Of a stretch of DNA of 43,751 nt, positions 1-9,471 are shown piece after piece. The notes under the pieces were generated by a model. That model ran no database searches, had not been told where the DNA came from, and saw only the letters and a list, made by a program, of their open reading frames with translations. Origin of the DNA: an uncultured archaeon (GTDB lineage Archaea > EX4484-52 > JAADEF01); assembly GCA_964407715.1 (NCBI GenBank), contig CAYOWP010000008.1:7161-50911 (forward strand). The letters are read 5' to 3'. A program made the translations under genes and the position numbers. Positions within the stretch are counted from its first letter, which is position 1, and the number at the start of each line of letters is the position of its first letter.

Positions 1-787
1 AACATTAAATGGAAAATATGGAGTTTATCTATATTCTTCAAATAACAACCTTTTCTATAACAATATCTTTAATAACACAAATAACTTTTATTTTTATTCT
101 TCATCAAATCAATGGAACACATCTCTTCAACTTGGCCCAAACATAGTAGATAGACCTTTCATAGGAGGTAATGTATATGCTACTCCTTCAGGAAATGGTT
201 ACTCAGAAACTTGCAGCGATGCGAATCATGATGGTATATGTGATTCCCCATATACAATAGCATCTGGAAACATAGATTATTATCCTTTGGCATTATCAAA
301 AACATATCCTTTGAATCCAAAAATCTATGTGGGAGAGCAATTGGCATGGAAGTATGATGGTTTCTTTAATGAAAGTTCAAATGCAGATATAACCTCTTAC
401 ATTTTGGGTTATATTAACAATAAATGCTTTGGTATAGTACCTTGCATAATTCCAATAAGATATAAAGCGGATTCACGTGGAGGATTTAGTCTTCTTATAA
501 ATATATTTGGACCTACTAAGGGTTACAAAGTAAGAATAAAGAATGTATATTTTGAGAAAGCAGGCATAAAGAACATAACAATCTATAGTAAAGATTATAA
601 GAAGGTATGTTATACTAACCTCTCTAAAGTATATGTTTTACCTCCTGGAAAAGTAAACATTTTTAGAATACCTTGCGATATACTATGCGATAATATAAAA
701 GATATAATAGTAGAGACCACATGTGGAGTAAAGGATAAGCTATCTAATCATCCTGTTAGAAAAAAGATTTTGTGGTGTTTGGAATAA
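1..787 (+). CDS. 5'-truncated surface protein with NosD/CASH-type beta-helix C-terminal motif
   Basis: Frame of ORF 287..787 is open back to position 2 and reads ...GVYLYSSNNNLFYNNIFNN...IGGNVYATPSGNGYSETCSDANHDGICDSPYTIASGNIDYYPL..., the typical end of NosD/CASH domains in archaeal surface proteins. The TTG start at 287 is therefore not the true start. Confidence 0.75.
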   Translation, partial: TLNGKYGVYLYSSNNNLFYNNIFNNTNNFYFYSSSNQWNTSLQLGPNIVDRPFIGGNVYATPSGNGYSETCSDANHDGICDSPYTIASGNIDYYPLALSKTYPLNPKIYVGEQLAWKYDGFFNESSNADITSYILGYINNKCFGIVPCIIPIRYKADSRGGFSLLINIFGPTKGYKVRIKNVYFEKAGIKNITIYSKDYKKVCYTNLSKVYVLPPGKVNIFRIPCDILCDNIKDIIVETTCGVKDKLSNHPVRKKILWCLE

Positions 788-890
788 TGCAGCATGCTAA
801 CCTTTGTTAAGGTTAGCTGCTTCCTAAACGCTCAAAAAGGTCAGCTGTTGTGATATGCTCTCTTAAAGAGGTTATGTTTCCCGTTAACCA
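788..890 (+). repeat. Palindromic repeat element, left-truncated copy of the long variant
   Basis: TGCAGCATGCTAACC..AGGTTAGCTGC..AGGTCAGCTG..TTCCCGTTAACCA, followed by an AT-rich linker and a TGGTTA remnant at 911-916. Confidence 0.9.
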
Positions 891-978
891 ATTATTTTAA
901 AATAAAAATTTGGTTATTTTCCACTTCCCAAACAAATTTTAAAAATTTTATAAAATATCGCGTACATAATAATATACT

Positions 979-2040
979 ATGGTTACATCTCAAATTCCAA
1001 GGAAGATGAAGATTGGGTTTTTTGAGTGTGAGGGATGGGAAGAAGAATATATTAACAAAAAATATCCATATCTTTCCAAGATAGGAGATATTAATTATTT
1101 TGATATCACTGTGCAGGATGCTATAAAAGAAGGGATAAATCTCGGAGAATATGATGTGCTTTCCATATTTATATATTCAAAAATTGATGAGCATATTCTC
1201 TCATTATTGAAGAATTGTAAAGTGATAATCACGAGATCCACAGGTTATGACCATATAGATGTGGAGTATGCAAAAAGAAAAGGGATAAAGGTCTATAACA
1301 TATATGATTATGGAACCAACACTGTTGCAGAGTTTACAATTCTCTTGATGTTAATGATCCTCAGAAAAATAAAAAAGATTTTCTATGATTATGAGATTCA
1401 CGAAAAAATAGATCCAAGAGCATTCAGAGGTGAAGAATTAAAGGATAAAACGATAGGCATAGTAGGTACTGGAAATATAGGGACAAGGGTAATAGAGCTC
1501 TTACAACCATTCAATGTCAAAATACTTGCGTATAGCAGGCATAAGAAAAAAGATATTGAGATAAAATATAATGTAACATATGTGGATAAGTTTGAGGATC
1601 TTCTAAAAGAGAGCGATATAATATCCTTTCATGTTCCTTTAACACCGCAAACATATCATATGCTCAATAAAAACAATATCAAATATCTCAAAAAGGGAGC
1701 ATATATTATAAACACATCAAGAGGAGGTGTAATTGATACAGAGGCGATTATTATTGGCATAAAAGAAGGAAGAATAAAAGCCATAGCCATGGATGTATTT
1801 GAGGGAGAAAAATTGGAGAGAATGGAGATGGATATCATGTTAAGGTCATCTCATGATTTAGATGAGCTTAAAAAGGGATTGGCACATCAGATTCTAAGGC
1901 ATAATGAAAATATAATTGTGACACCTCACATTGCATATGATACTGAGGAGGCAATATATAGAATTCTGAATACTACAGTAGACATTATAATCTCTTATTA
2001 TAACAACACACTGGATAGTGTTATGAGCTATCTTCTTTAA
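979..2040 (+). CDS. D-isomer-specific 2-hydroxyacid dehydrogenase (D-lactate dehydrogenase-like)
   Basis: RSTGYDHID, GIVGTGNIG Rossmann motif, HVPLTPQT, INTSRG, DVFEGE and TPHIA catalytic motifs. Confidence 0.9.
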   Translation: MVTSQIPRKMKIGFFECEGWEEEYINKKYPYLSKIGDINYFDITVQDAIKEGINLGEYDVLSIFIYSKIDEHILSLLKNCKVIITRSTGYDHIDVEYAKRKGIKVYNIYDYGTNTVAEFTILLMLMILRKIKKIFYDYEIHEKIDPRAFRGEELKDKTIGIVGTGNIGTRVIELLQPFNVKILAYSRHKKKDIEIKYNVTYVDKFEDLLKESDIISFHVPLTPQTYHMLNKNNIKYLKKGAYIINTSRGGVIDTEAIIIGIKEGRIKAIAMDVFEGEKLERMEMDIMLRSSHDLDELKKGLAHQILRHNENIIVTPHIAYDTEEAIYRILNTTVDIIISYYNNTLDSVMSYLL

Positions 2041-2049
2041 CTTCAGAAA

Positions 2050-3840
2050 TCACTTTACAGTTACGCTTTTTGCTAGATTTCTGGGCTTATCTGGGTTTAG
2101 GTTTCTTAATACAGCCAAATAATATGCAAGAAGTTGTAGAGGAATTATGTTAAGAATTACTTGAAATACAGGATGCTTTGGTATTAAGATTTCAATGTCA
2201 AATATCTCATTATGTTTTGTTGTGATGCCTATTACTTTTCCACCTCTTGCTTTTACTTCCATCACATTGCTCATTATTTCATCATATGTCTCATCTTCTG
2301 GTGCGATTGCAATGACATATGTTCCATTTGATATCAACGCGATACTACCATGCTTTAAGGCTCCTCCAGAAAATGCTTCCGCATGTATATACGAGATTTC
2401 CTTTATTTTTAATGCTCCTTCTAATGCAGATGCATAATTTGCTCCCCTTCCTATGATATAGAGATGCTCCTCTTTCTTTAATTCCTTTGCAACATGCCTT
2501 ATTTTTTCTTTGAAATCTTCATTTAAAAGATAAGAAATGCTCTTTCTTAAATCAGATAAAGAGCGAGATATTATTTCTTCTTTTCCGGCTAATATGGATA
2601 TGATATAAATCAATATGAGTAGCTGTGCAGTATATGTCTTTGTTGCTATTACGCTTATCTCGCTTCCAACATGCATTAGTATGGTTATGTCTGATAATCT
2701 GTGGAGTGTGGAGCCATATACATTAGTGATGCCTATTATTTTACATCCCTTTCTTTTTGCAACTTTTATGCTTTCTATTACATCTGCAGTTTCTCCGGAT
2801 TGTGAAACTCCTATAACCAATGTCTTAGGTGTGAAGAAATGAGTATAATACGAGAGCTCAGATGCATCTACAACATTTACATGGGTTTTTGCTATGGAGG
2901 AGAAAAGATAGCTTGCACATAAGCAAGCGTTATATGAGCTACCTGAGCCTATAAGAAATATCCCTCTTGCCTTTTTTATTTCCTCCACAACCTTTTTTAC
3001 ATCTCTGCTGATATATGATATCATTTCATAAAGCTTGTCCTTTTGTTCTTCTATTTCCTTTATTGTATAATGAGGATATCCATTTAGCGGCTCCCATTTT
3101 CCATATTTTGATACATCCTCTACCTCTTCAAACCTCGGAGAGAATATCTTATTTTGATATATATTATAAAATAGCAGTTTCTTATGATTTTCTATTATAA
3201 CGAGATCCCCATCATTAAAGGCATATACTTGGTTAACATCATTTATAAAACTTTTTACATCTGAGCTAATATATATCTTCCCTTTTTTGTTTATTCCTAT
3301 TAGGAGAGGTAGATTTTTGGCAGCCCCTACTAAATATCCTTGTATTATCATTGCTAATGCATAACTTCCTTTTATCTTCTTTAACGCATTTGCCAATACA
3401 TGCATAAAATCCTTATTTCCATTTGATGCTTTTATCTCATATTCTATTAGGTTTGCTATTATTTCAGAATCTGTATCACCATAAAACTCATATCCTTTGC
3501 TTTTTAAATAATCCTTAAGTTGCTTAAAATTTTCAACTATGCCATTATGCACAAGATAAACCTCTTTGTTCATGCTTATATGTGGATGGGCATTGTTTTC
3601 TTTAACCCCTCCATGTGTTGCCCATCTTGTGTGTGCTATTGCTATATTTGTAAGTAAACTATTTTCAATTTTATTTTGAGATATAGAGCCTATTTTTTTA
3701 ATTACACACATGCCTTTTTTCGGATTTTTAAATGCTATACCCCAAGAATCATATCCCCTATACTCTAATATTTTCAATCTTTCAATAACCTCTTTTATAC
3801 TTATTTGATTTTTTGACATTATTCCCAAGATGCCACACAT
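2050..3840 (-). CDS. glmS: Glutamine--fructose-6-phosphate transaminase (isomerizing)
   Basis: N-terminal MCGI, EYRGYDS, HTRWATHG, HNG, SQSGET, ALKIKE, C-terminal PRNLAKSVTV. Confidence 0.97.
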   Translation of the reverse strand: MCGILGIMSKNQISIKEVIERLKILEYRGYDSWGIAFKNPKKGMCVIKKIGSISQNKIENSLLTNIAIAHTRWATHGGVKENNAHPHISMNKEVYLVHNGIVENFKQLKDYLKSKGYEFYGDTDSEIIANLIEYEIKASNGNKDFMHVLANALKKIKGSYALAMIIQGYLVGAAKNLPLLIGINKKGKIYISSDVKSFINDVNQVYAFNDGDLVIIENHKKLLFYNIYQNKIFSPRFEEVEDVSKYGKWEPLNGYPHYTIKEIEEQKDKLYEMISYISRDVKKVVEEIKKARGIFLIGSGSSYNACLCASYLFSSIAKTHVNVVDASELSYYTHFFTPKTLVIGVSQSGETADVIESIKVAKRKGCKIIGITNVYGSTLHRLSDITILMHVGSEISVIATKTYTAQLLILIYIISILAGKEEIISRSLSDLRKSISYLLNEDFKEKIRHVAKELKKEEHLYIIGRGANYASALEGALKIKEISYIHAEAFSGGALKHGSIALISNGTYVIAIAPEDETYDEIMSNVMEVKARGGKVIGITTKHNEIFDIEILIPKHPVFQVILNIIPLQLLAYYLAVLRNLNPDKPRNLAKSVTVK

Positions 3841-3933
3841 AATTCTTTGAGTTTTAATAAAAGATATTTAAAGATTAATTTAAAAGTTGTTTTAAATGTT
3901 TAAAATTAGATTTTAACGGATTCTTCTTACTCA

Positions 3934-4017
3934 CGCCGGGGGAGGGATTTGAACCCTCGCTCCCTTGCGGGAAGTGGGTCTCGAGCCCACCGCCCTACCT
4001 GGCTAGGCGACCCCGGC
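3934..4017 (-). tRNA. tRNA-Ser(CGA)
   Basis: Minus strand GCCGGGG...CCCCGGC-G acceptor stem, anticodon arm GTGGG-CT-CGA-GA-CCCAC, long variable arm (TTCCCGCAAGGGAG), T-loop GGTTCAAATCC. CCA not encoded, no intron. Confidence 0.95.
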
Positions 4018-4023
4018 TTTATA

Positions 4024-6648
4024 TCATGATATCTCTCCTATTTTCTTCATTATTTGCCTATGAAGTAGTTTCAAGAGTTCACGTTTGGATTCCATTAATA
4101 CTACATCGCTATCTCCTAAGAGAATCAAATTATGTGCAAAAGGAGATGGCAAATCAAGATCCTTATAAATATTATACTTCCATTTTTTCAATTTAAGATT
4201 TTTTAATACCTCTTTTGCATTATTTATATCCATCACATCTTCCAAGATTTCTCTTTTAACCTCTTTCAATAATGGAAAATCTGGGGCCTCATCCTTAAGG
4301 ATTTTATAAAGCTGCCATGAGCTTATTAGTTGTTTTCCTACAGATTTTTCATTGCCTGCATATCTCCTCAATACCAACAAACCTCTCACAGCCACTTGTC
4401 TAAATCTCCTCTTTATAAGTTCTGTATTCTCAATTGCCTTTGACAATATCTTCTCTATGTTTTCATCTGTAACAAGCTCTACTATGCTTTCAATTCTTAT
4501 TCTTTTTCCATAAGGTAATGTAAGCACAAATCCATTGTCATTAACAACAACACCAACATTTGTTTTGTAAAAATGAGATATTAAGAAGGCATATGCCCTT
4601 GAAAGAGCATCATTTACTTTTCTTCCAAAGAGAAAATGAAATATAAAGTTTTGCCTAAGTTTTTCATCAAAGTATTCCTCTATCATTAGGTTATGCAATG
4701 TTGGTATATCTAAATATTTGTATTGTTCATAAAAGTATTCATAAATCATTTCAGCTGTGGCTTTTGAGATAGGAAACTCCTTTTTAAGATATTCTATTAT
4801 CTGATTCTTGCTATAATGCTCAAGCAGATTTTTCATAAGATTTCTGAATTCATTAATCTTTATTGCTAAATCATAAGACAATGGCAATTGTTCTGAGAAC
4901 CATGCAGGTATGGTTGGCATTTCATCAAAGGCCTTTTTTACTCTTATCTTTGATCCCCTTGAACTTATGAATTCATATACCTTTCCTGCTAACACAAATC
5001 GATCTCCTGGCATTAATCTCTCTGCAAATTCCTCTTCAATCTTACCAATATATTTGTTATTTTCATCCACTACACGTATCATTGCCTCATCAGGTATAGT
5101 GCCCGTGTTTGTATAGTATATTACGCGAATATTTTTTCCTTTTCTTCCAAATTCTTTGGTATTAGAGTCATACCAGATTTTGGCATAGACATTATTTTCC
5201 TCTAAATCATGATAATAGCCGCTGAGATATCTTATCACCTCCATAAAGTCTTCTTTCTTAAGGTTTCTATATGGATATGATTTTCTTATTAAATCATATG
5301 CCTCCTCTATATTCCATCTTTTTTCTAAGCTTATGCCCACAATATGCTGAGCGAGAACATCCAATGCATTTTCTATTATCTTTATTCTATCTATGTTCCT
5401 ATTCAATGCCTCTTTAGCCATCACTGAAACCTCTACCAAATCATCTCTATTTAATGCTATAAACACCCCTTTAGAGGTCTCATGCAATCTGTGTCCTGCT
5501 CTCCCTACTCTCTGCAATGCTCTGGCAATTGACTTTGGAGAGCCTACAAGTATAACAAGGTCAATATATCCAATATCTATACCTAATTCAAGTGATGTAG
5601 AGGTGACTACACATTTAAGTTCTCCATTCTTTAGCTTTCTTTCAACTTCTAATCTCACTTCTCTTGACAGAGAACCATGATGCGCTTCTATGAGATTTTC
5701 GTATTTATCTTTGAATCTTGTTTTGAGATGATGCACAATGCTCTCTGTTCCTGCTCGTGTATTTGTGAAAATTAATGTGGTTCTATGACTTTCAATAAGT
5801 TTGTCTAATAATCTATAAAAGTTTTCTTTTAATCTTTCGTTATCTGTGTTTATTAAATCCTCTACAGGTGAATAAACAAAGAAAGATGTTTTTTTCATAT
5901 AACTTACATCCACCACTTTTATATGTCGTGATTCATTACCTACTAAGAACATAGCAACTTCCTCTAAGGGAGATACTGTAGCAGAGAGACCTATTCTCAC
6001 GAATTCATTATATCTTGCCAATCTCTCCAAGGATAGCGCAAGATGAGTACCTCTTTTATTCTCAGCTAAGGAATGTATTTCATCCACTATCACATATTCC
6101 ACATTCCTCAAATATTTTGAAAATTTAGGGGCTACTAATACAATGGATAAGCTTTCTGGTGTGGTTATTAGAATATGAGGAGGTTTTCTGAGTTGCTTGG
6201 CTCTCTCGCTTTGTGTTACATCTCCAGTTCTTTTACCTATCCTTATTTCTTGTAAGTTAATGCCTTTGCTTTTTATTTTTTCAGAGATTTCCTTTAAAGG
6301 TTCTTGGAGGTTTCGCTCTATATCATTATTTAGTGCCTTTAATGGAGAAACATAAATCGCGTAAACTCTATCCTCTAACATATTGTTCTTTGCTAAGAAA
6401 ACCAATTCATTTATGATTGATAAAAACGCAGAAAGTGTTTTTCCTGATCCTGTGGGGCTGCTTATGAGTATGTTTTGTCTCTTATGTATGGCTGGAATTG
6501 AGAACCTTTGTGGAGGGGTGAATGTATGAAATTTAGAGAGAAACCACTCTTTAACATCCTCATCCAGGATTTTTAGTATCTTTTCATCATTTAGTGCATC
6601 ACTTTCCTCAAGAAACTCCACGTTTTGGTAGGAAGAATTTATTTTCAT
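4024..6648 (-). CDS. lhr: Lhr-family ATP-dependent SF2 helicase (archaeal Lhr core)
   Basis: SPTGSGKT, YVSPLKALNND, DEIH, GLSAT, HHGSLS, SLELGIDIG, QRVGRAGH, DVLAQH, GTIPD, PAWFSE. Confidence 0.95.
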   Translation of the reverse strand: MKINSSYQNVEFLEESDALNDEKILKILDEDVKEWFLSKFHTFTPPQRFSIPAIHKRQNILISSPTGSGKTLSAFLSIINELVFLAKNNMLEDRVYAIYVSPLKALNNDIERNLQEPLKEISEKIKSKGINLQEIRIGKRTGDVTQSERAKQLRKPPHILITTPESLSIVLVAPKFSKYLRNVEYVIVDEIHSLAENKRGTHLALSLERLARYNEFVRIGLSATVSPLEEVAMFLVGNESRHIKVVDVSYMKKTSFFVYSPVEDLINTDNERLKENFYRLLDKLIESHRTTLIFTNTRAGTESIVHHLKTRFKDKYENLIEAHHGSLSREVRLEVERKLKNGELKCVVTSTSLELGIDIGYIDLVILVGSPKSIARALQRVGRAGHRLHETSKGVFIALNRDDLVEVSVMAKEALNRNIDRIKIIENALDVLAQHIVGISLEKRWNIEEAYDLIRKSYPYRNLKKEDFMEVIRYLSGYYHDLEENNVYAKIWYDSNTKEFGRKGKNIRVIYYTNTGTIPDEAMIRVVDENNKYIGKIEEEFAERLMPGDRFVLAGKVYEFISSRGSKIRVKKAFDEMPTIPAWFSEQLPLSYDLAIKINEFRNLMKNLLEHYSKNQIIEYLKKEFPISKATAEMIYEYFYEQYKYLDIPTLHNLMIEEYFDEKLRQNFIFHFLFGRKVNDALSRAYAFLISHFYKTNVGVVVNDNGFVLTLPYGKRIRIESIVELVTDENIEKILSKAIENTELIKRRFRQVAVRGLLVLRRYAGNEKSVGKQLISSWQLYKILKDEAPDFPLLKEVKREILEDVMDINNAKEVLKNLKLKKWKYNIYKDLDLPSPFAHNLILLGDSDVVLMESKRELLKLLHRQIMKKIGEIS

Positions 6649-6741
6649 AACATAATAAAGCGGTTTGCGAATTTAAAAATTTAAAATAATTTAAATACTT
6701 ACATCACTTATATATTTATGATATAGCGAGAGGTGAGATTT

Positions 6742-6996
6742 ATGAAGAAAGGAAAATCAGCCAAAAAATCGGGAGAGACAAAGAAAAAGGAAGCATATAA
6801 TTTGGAGAAGATAAAAGAGGAGATAGAAAAACTAAAAGAGAAATACAATCTATCAAAGGAAGATGTTGAAAGGATCATGAAGGAAATAAAAAAGAGGAAA
6901 AGAGATATTGAAGAGTATACAAAGGAAAATCCTATTAAATCAATAGCAATTGCTCTTATTATAGGAATCATAATAGGGAAGATACTTAAGAGGTAG
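6742..6996 (+). CDS. ElaB/YqjD (DUF883)-like small tail-anchored membrane protein
   Basis: Charged helical N-terminus then YTKENPIKSIAIALIIGIIIGKILKR, matching the DUF883 C-terminal pattern. GAGGTGA Shine-Dalgarno at 6730-6736 favours ATG 6742 over GTG 6733. Confidence 0.65.
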   Translation: MKKGKSAKKSGETKKKEAYNLEKIKEEIEKLKEKYNLSKEDVERIMKEIKKRKRDIEEYTKENPIKSIAIALIIGIIIGKILKR

Positions 6997-7002
6997 ATTG
7001 AA

Positions 7003-7272
7003 ATGTTGAGGCTTTTACTAAATATAGTGGGATTTGTGTTATCATATTATAGAATTGTTGAGAGATTATTTAAGAGAATAAAAAAGATATTGATTTCATT
7101 TTTGATTTCTTATGCATTATTTATTGTTGGTATTTTATTAATATGCGAGGGACTTGTTGTGTGGATAGCCAAGATATATAATGCGAATATTGAATGTATC
7201 TCTATTTTAATAGGACTCCTTTTAGTGATTCTTAGCATGGCTCTTATATGGTTCGGAAAGAAAACTAAATAA
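7003..7272 (+). CDS. Small two-TM membrane protein, YqjE/holin-X-like
   Basis: 89 aa with two hydrophobic segments, 6 bp downstream of the DUF883-like gene, GAGGT upstream. Family assignment is from context and topology only. Confidence 0.5.
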   Translation: MLRLLLNIVGFVLSYYRIVERLFKRIKKILISFLISYALFIVGILLICEGLVVWIAKIYNANIECISILIGLLLVILSMALIWFGKKTK

Positions 7273-7902
7273 GAAGGAATTGTTCTTTTTTATATTTTTC
7301 ATCACAACAATCAAGAGCACTATGAAAAACAATATTAAAAATGCAAAAATATAGATTCCTTTGAGATATTCAAATGATAATGTAGAGAGATAAAGCGCGG
7401 TAATGCTATACAGCAAGAGAAGATAATGAATAAATAATAAAGGTGAAGAGATTTTATTCTTTTTATTGTTAAACCTGTACTCTACGACCATGTGAATCCT
7501 ATAAAAGATGATTAGAGTGGTTATGGATAAAAATAAAAACAATATCTTCAGATAATTCCACAAATCCGCATCACGTATAGCGCTACCGTTGATATAGAAG
7601 AGGATATATTGATAGAGCAAGAGAAAATAATATGACATGCTTTTCCGTAATTGTAGAGTATATCTATTTGAATAGTATCTCATGAATATATATCCTATTG
7701 CTAATACAATACCATTTAAGATGATCAACACGCTAAATACATATATTTTATCCTTAACATAATACACTCCATATAACGAAAAAAGCAAGTTTAAGACTGT
7801 AAAGGTTATAGAGAGATATTTTATGCTTAAATTGTTAATGTATAAAAACTTATTCATAAACGCTTTACCTGCAACCTTTTCTCCCTTTTTCTTCTTACTC
7901 AT
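7222..7902 (-). CDS. Hypothetical multi-pass membrane protein
   Basis: 226-aa ORF with about 6 hydrophobic segments, overlapping the trm56 stop; 3' end overlaps the convergent gene by about 50 bp. Confidence 0.65.
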   Translation of the reverse strand: MSKKKKGEKVAGKAFMNKFLYINNLSIKYLSITFTVLNLLFSLYGVYYVKDKIYVFSVLIILNGIVLAIGYIFMRYYSNRYTLQLRKSMSYYFLLLYQYILFYINGSAIRDADLWNYLKILFLFLSITTLIIFYRIHMVVEYRFNNKKNKISSPLLFIHYLLLLYSITALYLSTLSFEYLKGIYIFAFLILFFIVLLIVVMKNIKKNNSFLFSFLSEPYKSHAKNH

Positions 7903-8440
7903 GTATAACTACCTTTTTCCCTTTTTCCATTGGAATGATCTCCATCTTTGGATTTTCATATTCCCTATTCAAATTATGATTGTTTAACTCATATACAAAA
8001 ATTGCAAATGCGCTTAACTCGGAGTGTGGCTGTGTTCCAACAGATACATTATAATCTGAAATCTCATATATATATCCTGGAACCTTTTCACTTCCTACGG
8101 TAACGCACACACCTTTCTTTTTTCCATTTTCTATTTCCTCTCTTAATTTTGGAATGACATCTTTATAATCAAGACCATACATGGTCAAATGTATTAATAA
8201 ATATTTTTCTTTTATTCTTTTTATAAATTCCTTGACATTTCTTATATATTTTATTTCATCAAATACCTTTCCCCATTTATATTCAATTTTCTTCAGATTT
8301 TCTTCTATGCTATCATCCTTATCACCGCTATACCACACATTTTTTATGCCCAGAATTCGTGCAGTTAAAAAAAGGTGTGTTGTCAATCTCTTATCCCTCT
8401 CCTTTCTATGCGATAATCTTAATAGAGCAAGTTTAACCAT
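7895..8440 (-). CDS. trm56: tRNA (cytidine(56)-2'-O)-methyltransferase (SPOUT)
   Basis: LRLSHRKERDKRLTTHLFLTAR, HLTMYG, VGSEKVP, DYNVSVGTQPHSE motifs of archaeal aTrm56. Confidence 0.95.
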   Translation of the reverse strand: MVKLALLRLSHRKERDKRLTTHLFLTARILGIKNVWYSGDKDDSIEENLKKIEYKWGKVFDEIKYIRNVKEFIKRIKEKYLLIHLTMYGLDYKDVIPKLREEIENGKKKGVCVTVGSEKVPGYIYEISDYNVSVGTQPHSELSAFAIFVYELNNHNLNREYENPKMEIIPMEKGKKVVIHE

Positions 8441-8518
8441 AATAAGAATTAATGAAATCCATAATATTTAAAAATCTAATTTTATAGGCATTATTCAATA
8501 AGTTTCTCTTTAGAAAGA

Positions 8519-9464
8519 TGGTTAACGGGAAGATATCACTATCATGAAGGTTTTGCGGCATGGTAACCTCATCAAAAGGTTAGCTGCTGCAATGTGCTTT
8601 GGATATGGCTATGTTTCCCGTTAACAAAAAATAAAAAATGGTTAAGGGGAGGAAATCGCTAACATAAAGGTCTTGCAGCATGCTAATCCTCTAGAGAGGT
8701 TAGCTGCTTCAACACGCAGAACGAATAGGTTATGTTTCCCCTTAACCATTTTTATTTAAAATGGTTAACGGGAAGATATCACTATCATGAAGGTTTTGCG
8801 GCATGGTATCCTCATCAAAAGGTTAGCTGCTTCAAGACGCTTTCTCTATAAGGTATGTTTCCCCTTAACCAATTATTTTAAAAAAATAAAAGATGGTTAA
8901 CGGGAAGATATCACTATCATGAAGGTTTTGCGGCATGCTAACCTTTTTTTGAGGTTAGCTGCTTCAATATGCTGAATAAAAGAGGTAAGCTTTCCGTTAA
9001 CCATTTTATCTCAAAATAAAATTTGGTTAACGGGAGAAAATCCATTTCATAACCATATTGCAGTATGCTAACCTCATGTAAGGGCTATCTGCTGCAATGT
9101 GCTTTGGATATGGCTATGCTTACCGTTAACCATTTTCATTAAAAGAATTTGGTTAACAGGAAGATATCGCTATCATAAAAGGTATTAGAGCATGTTAACC
9201 TTTTTTTGAGGTTAGCTGCTTCAAGATGCTTTTTGATATGGCTATGCTTCCCGTTAACCAATTATTTTAAAAAATAAAAGATGGTTAACGGGAAGAAATC
9301 GCTACTACTAAAGGTTTTGCATCATGAGCACCTCTCGTGAAGGGTTAGCTGCTTCAATATGCTGAATAAAAGAGGTATGCTTCCCGTTAACCATTTTATC
9401 TCAAAATAAAAAATGGTTAACGGGAAGTATATATCTTACCAAAGGCTTAAAGCATGCTAACCTT
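8519..9464 (+). repeat. Tandem array 1 of ~110-bp palindromic elements (7 full + 1 half copy)
   Basis: Copies at 8519-8627, 8639-8748, 8762-8871, 8894-9003, 9024-9132, 9150-9260, 9282-9393 and a left half at 9414-9464. Full copies are bounded by TGGTTAACGGGAA/TTCCCGTTAACCA-like ends and separated by 11-22 bp AT-rich linkers. Confidence 0.95.
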
Positions 9465-9471
9465 GCAATTT

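Noticed and set aside
788-890. Repeats as transcription terminators
   Set aside because: They also occur between divergent genes, and their polarity does not follow gene direction.
3841-3933. glmS ribozyme upstream of glmS
   Set aside because: Region is short, AT-rich and promoter-like with no structured GC-containing element.
4024-6648. Intein in Lhr helicase
   Set aside because: Helicase motifs are normally spaced and the length fits an Lhr core; no intein splice motifs seen.
8519-9464. CRISPR array interpretation of the tandem repeats
   Set aside because: Units are ~110 bp and degenerate. The segments between conserved cores are related to each other and reused rather than unique 30-45 bp spacers. 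No leader or cas genes are present.
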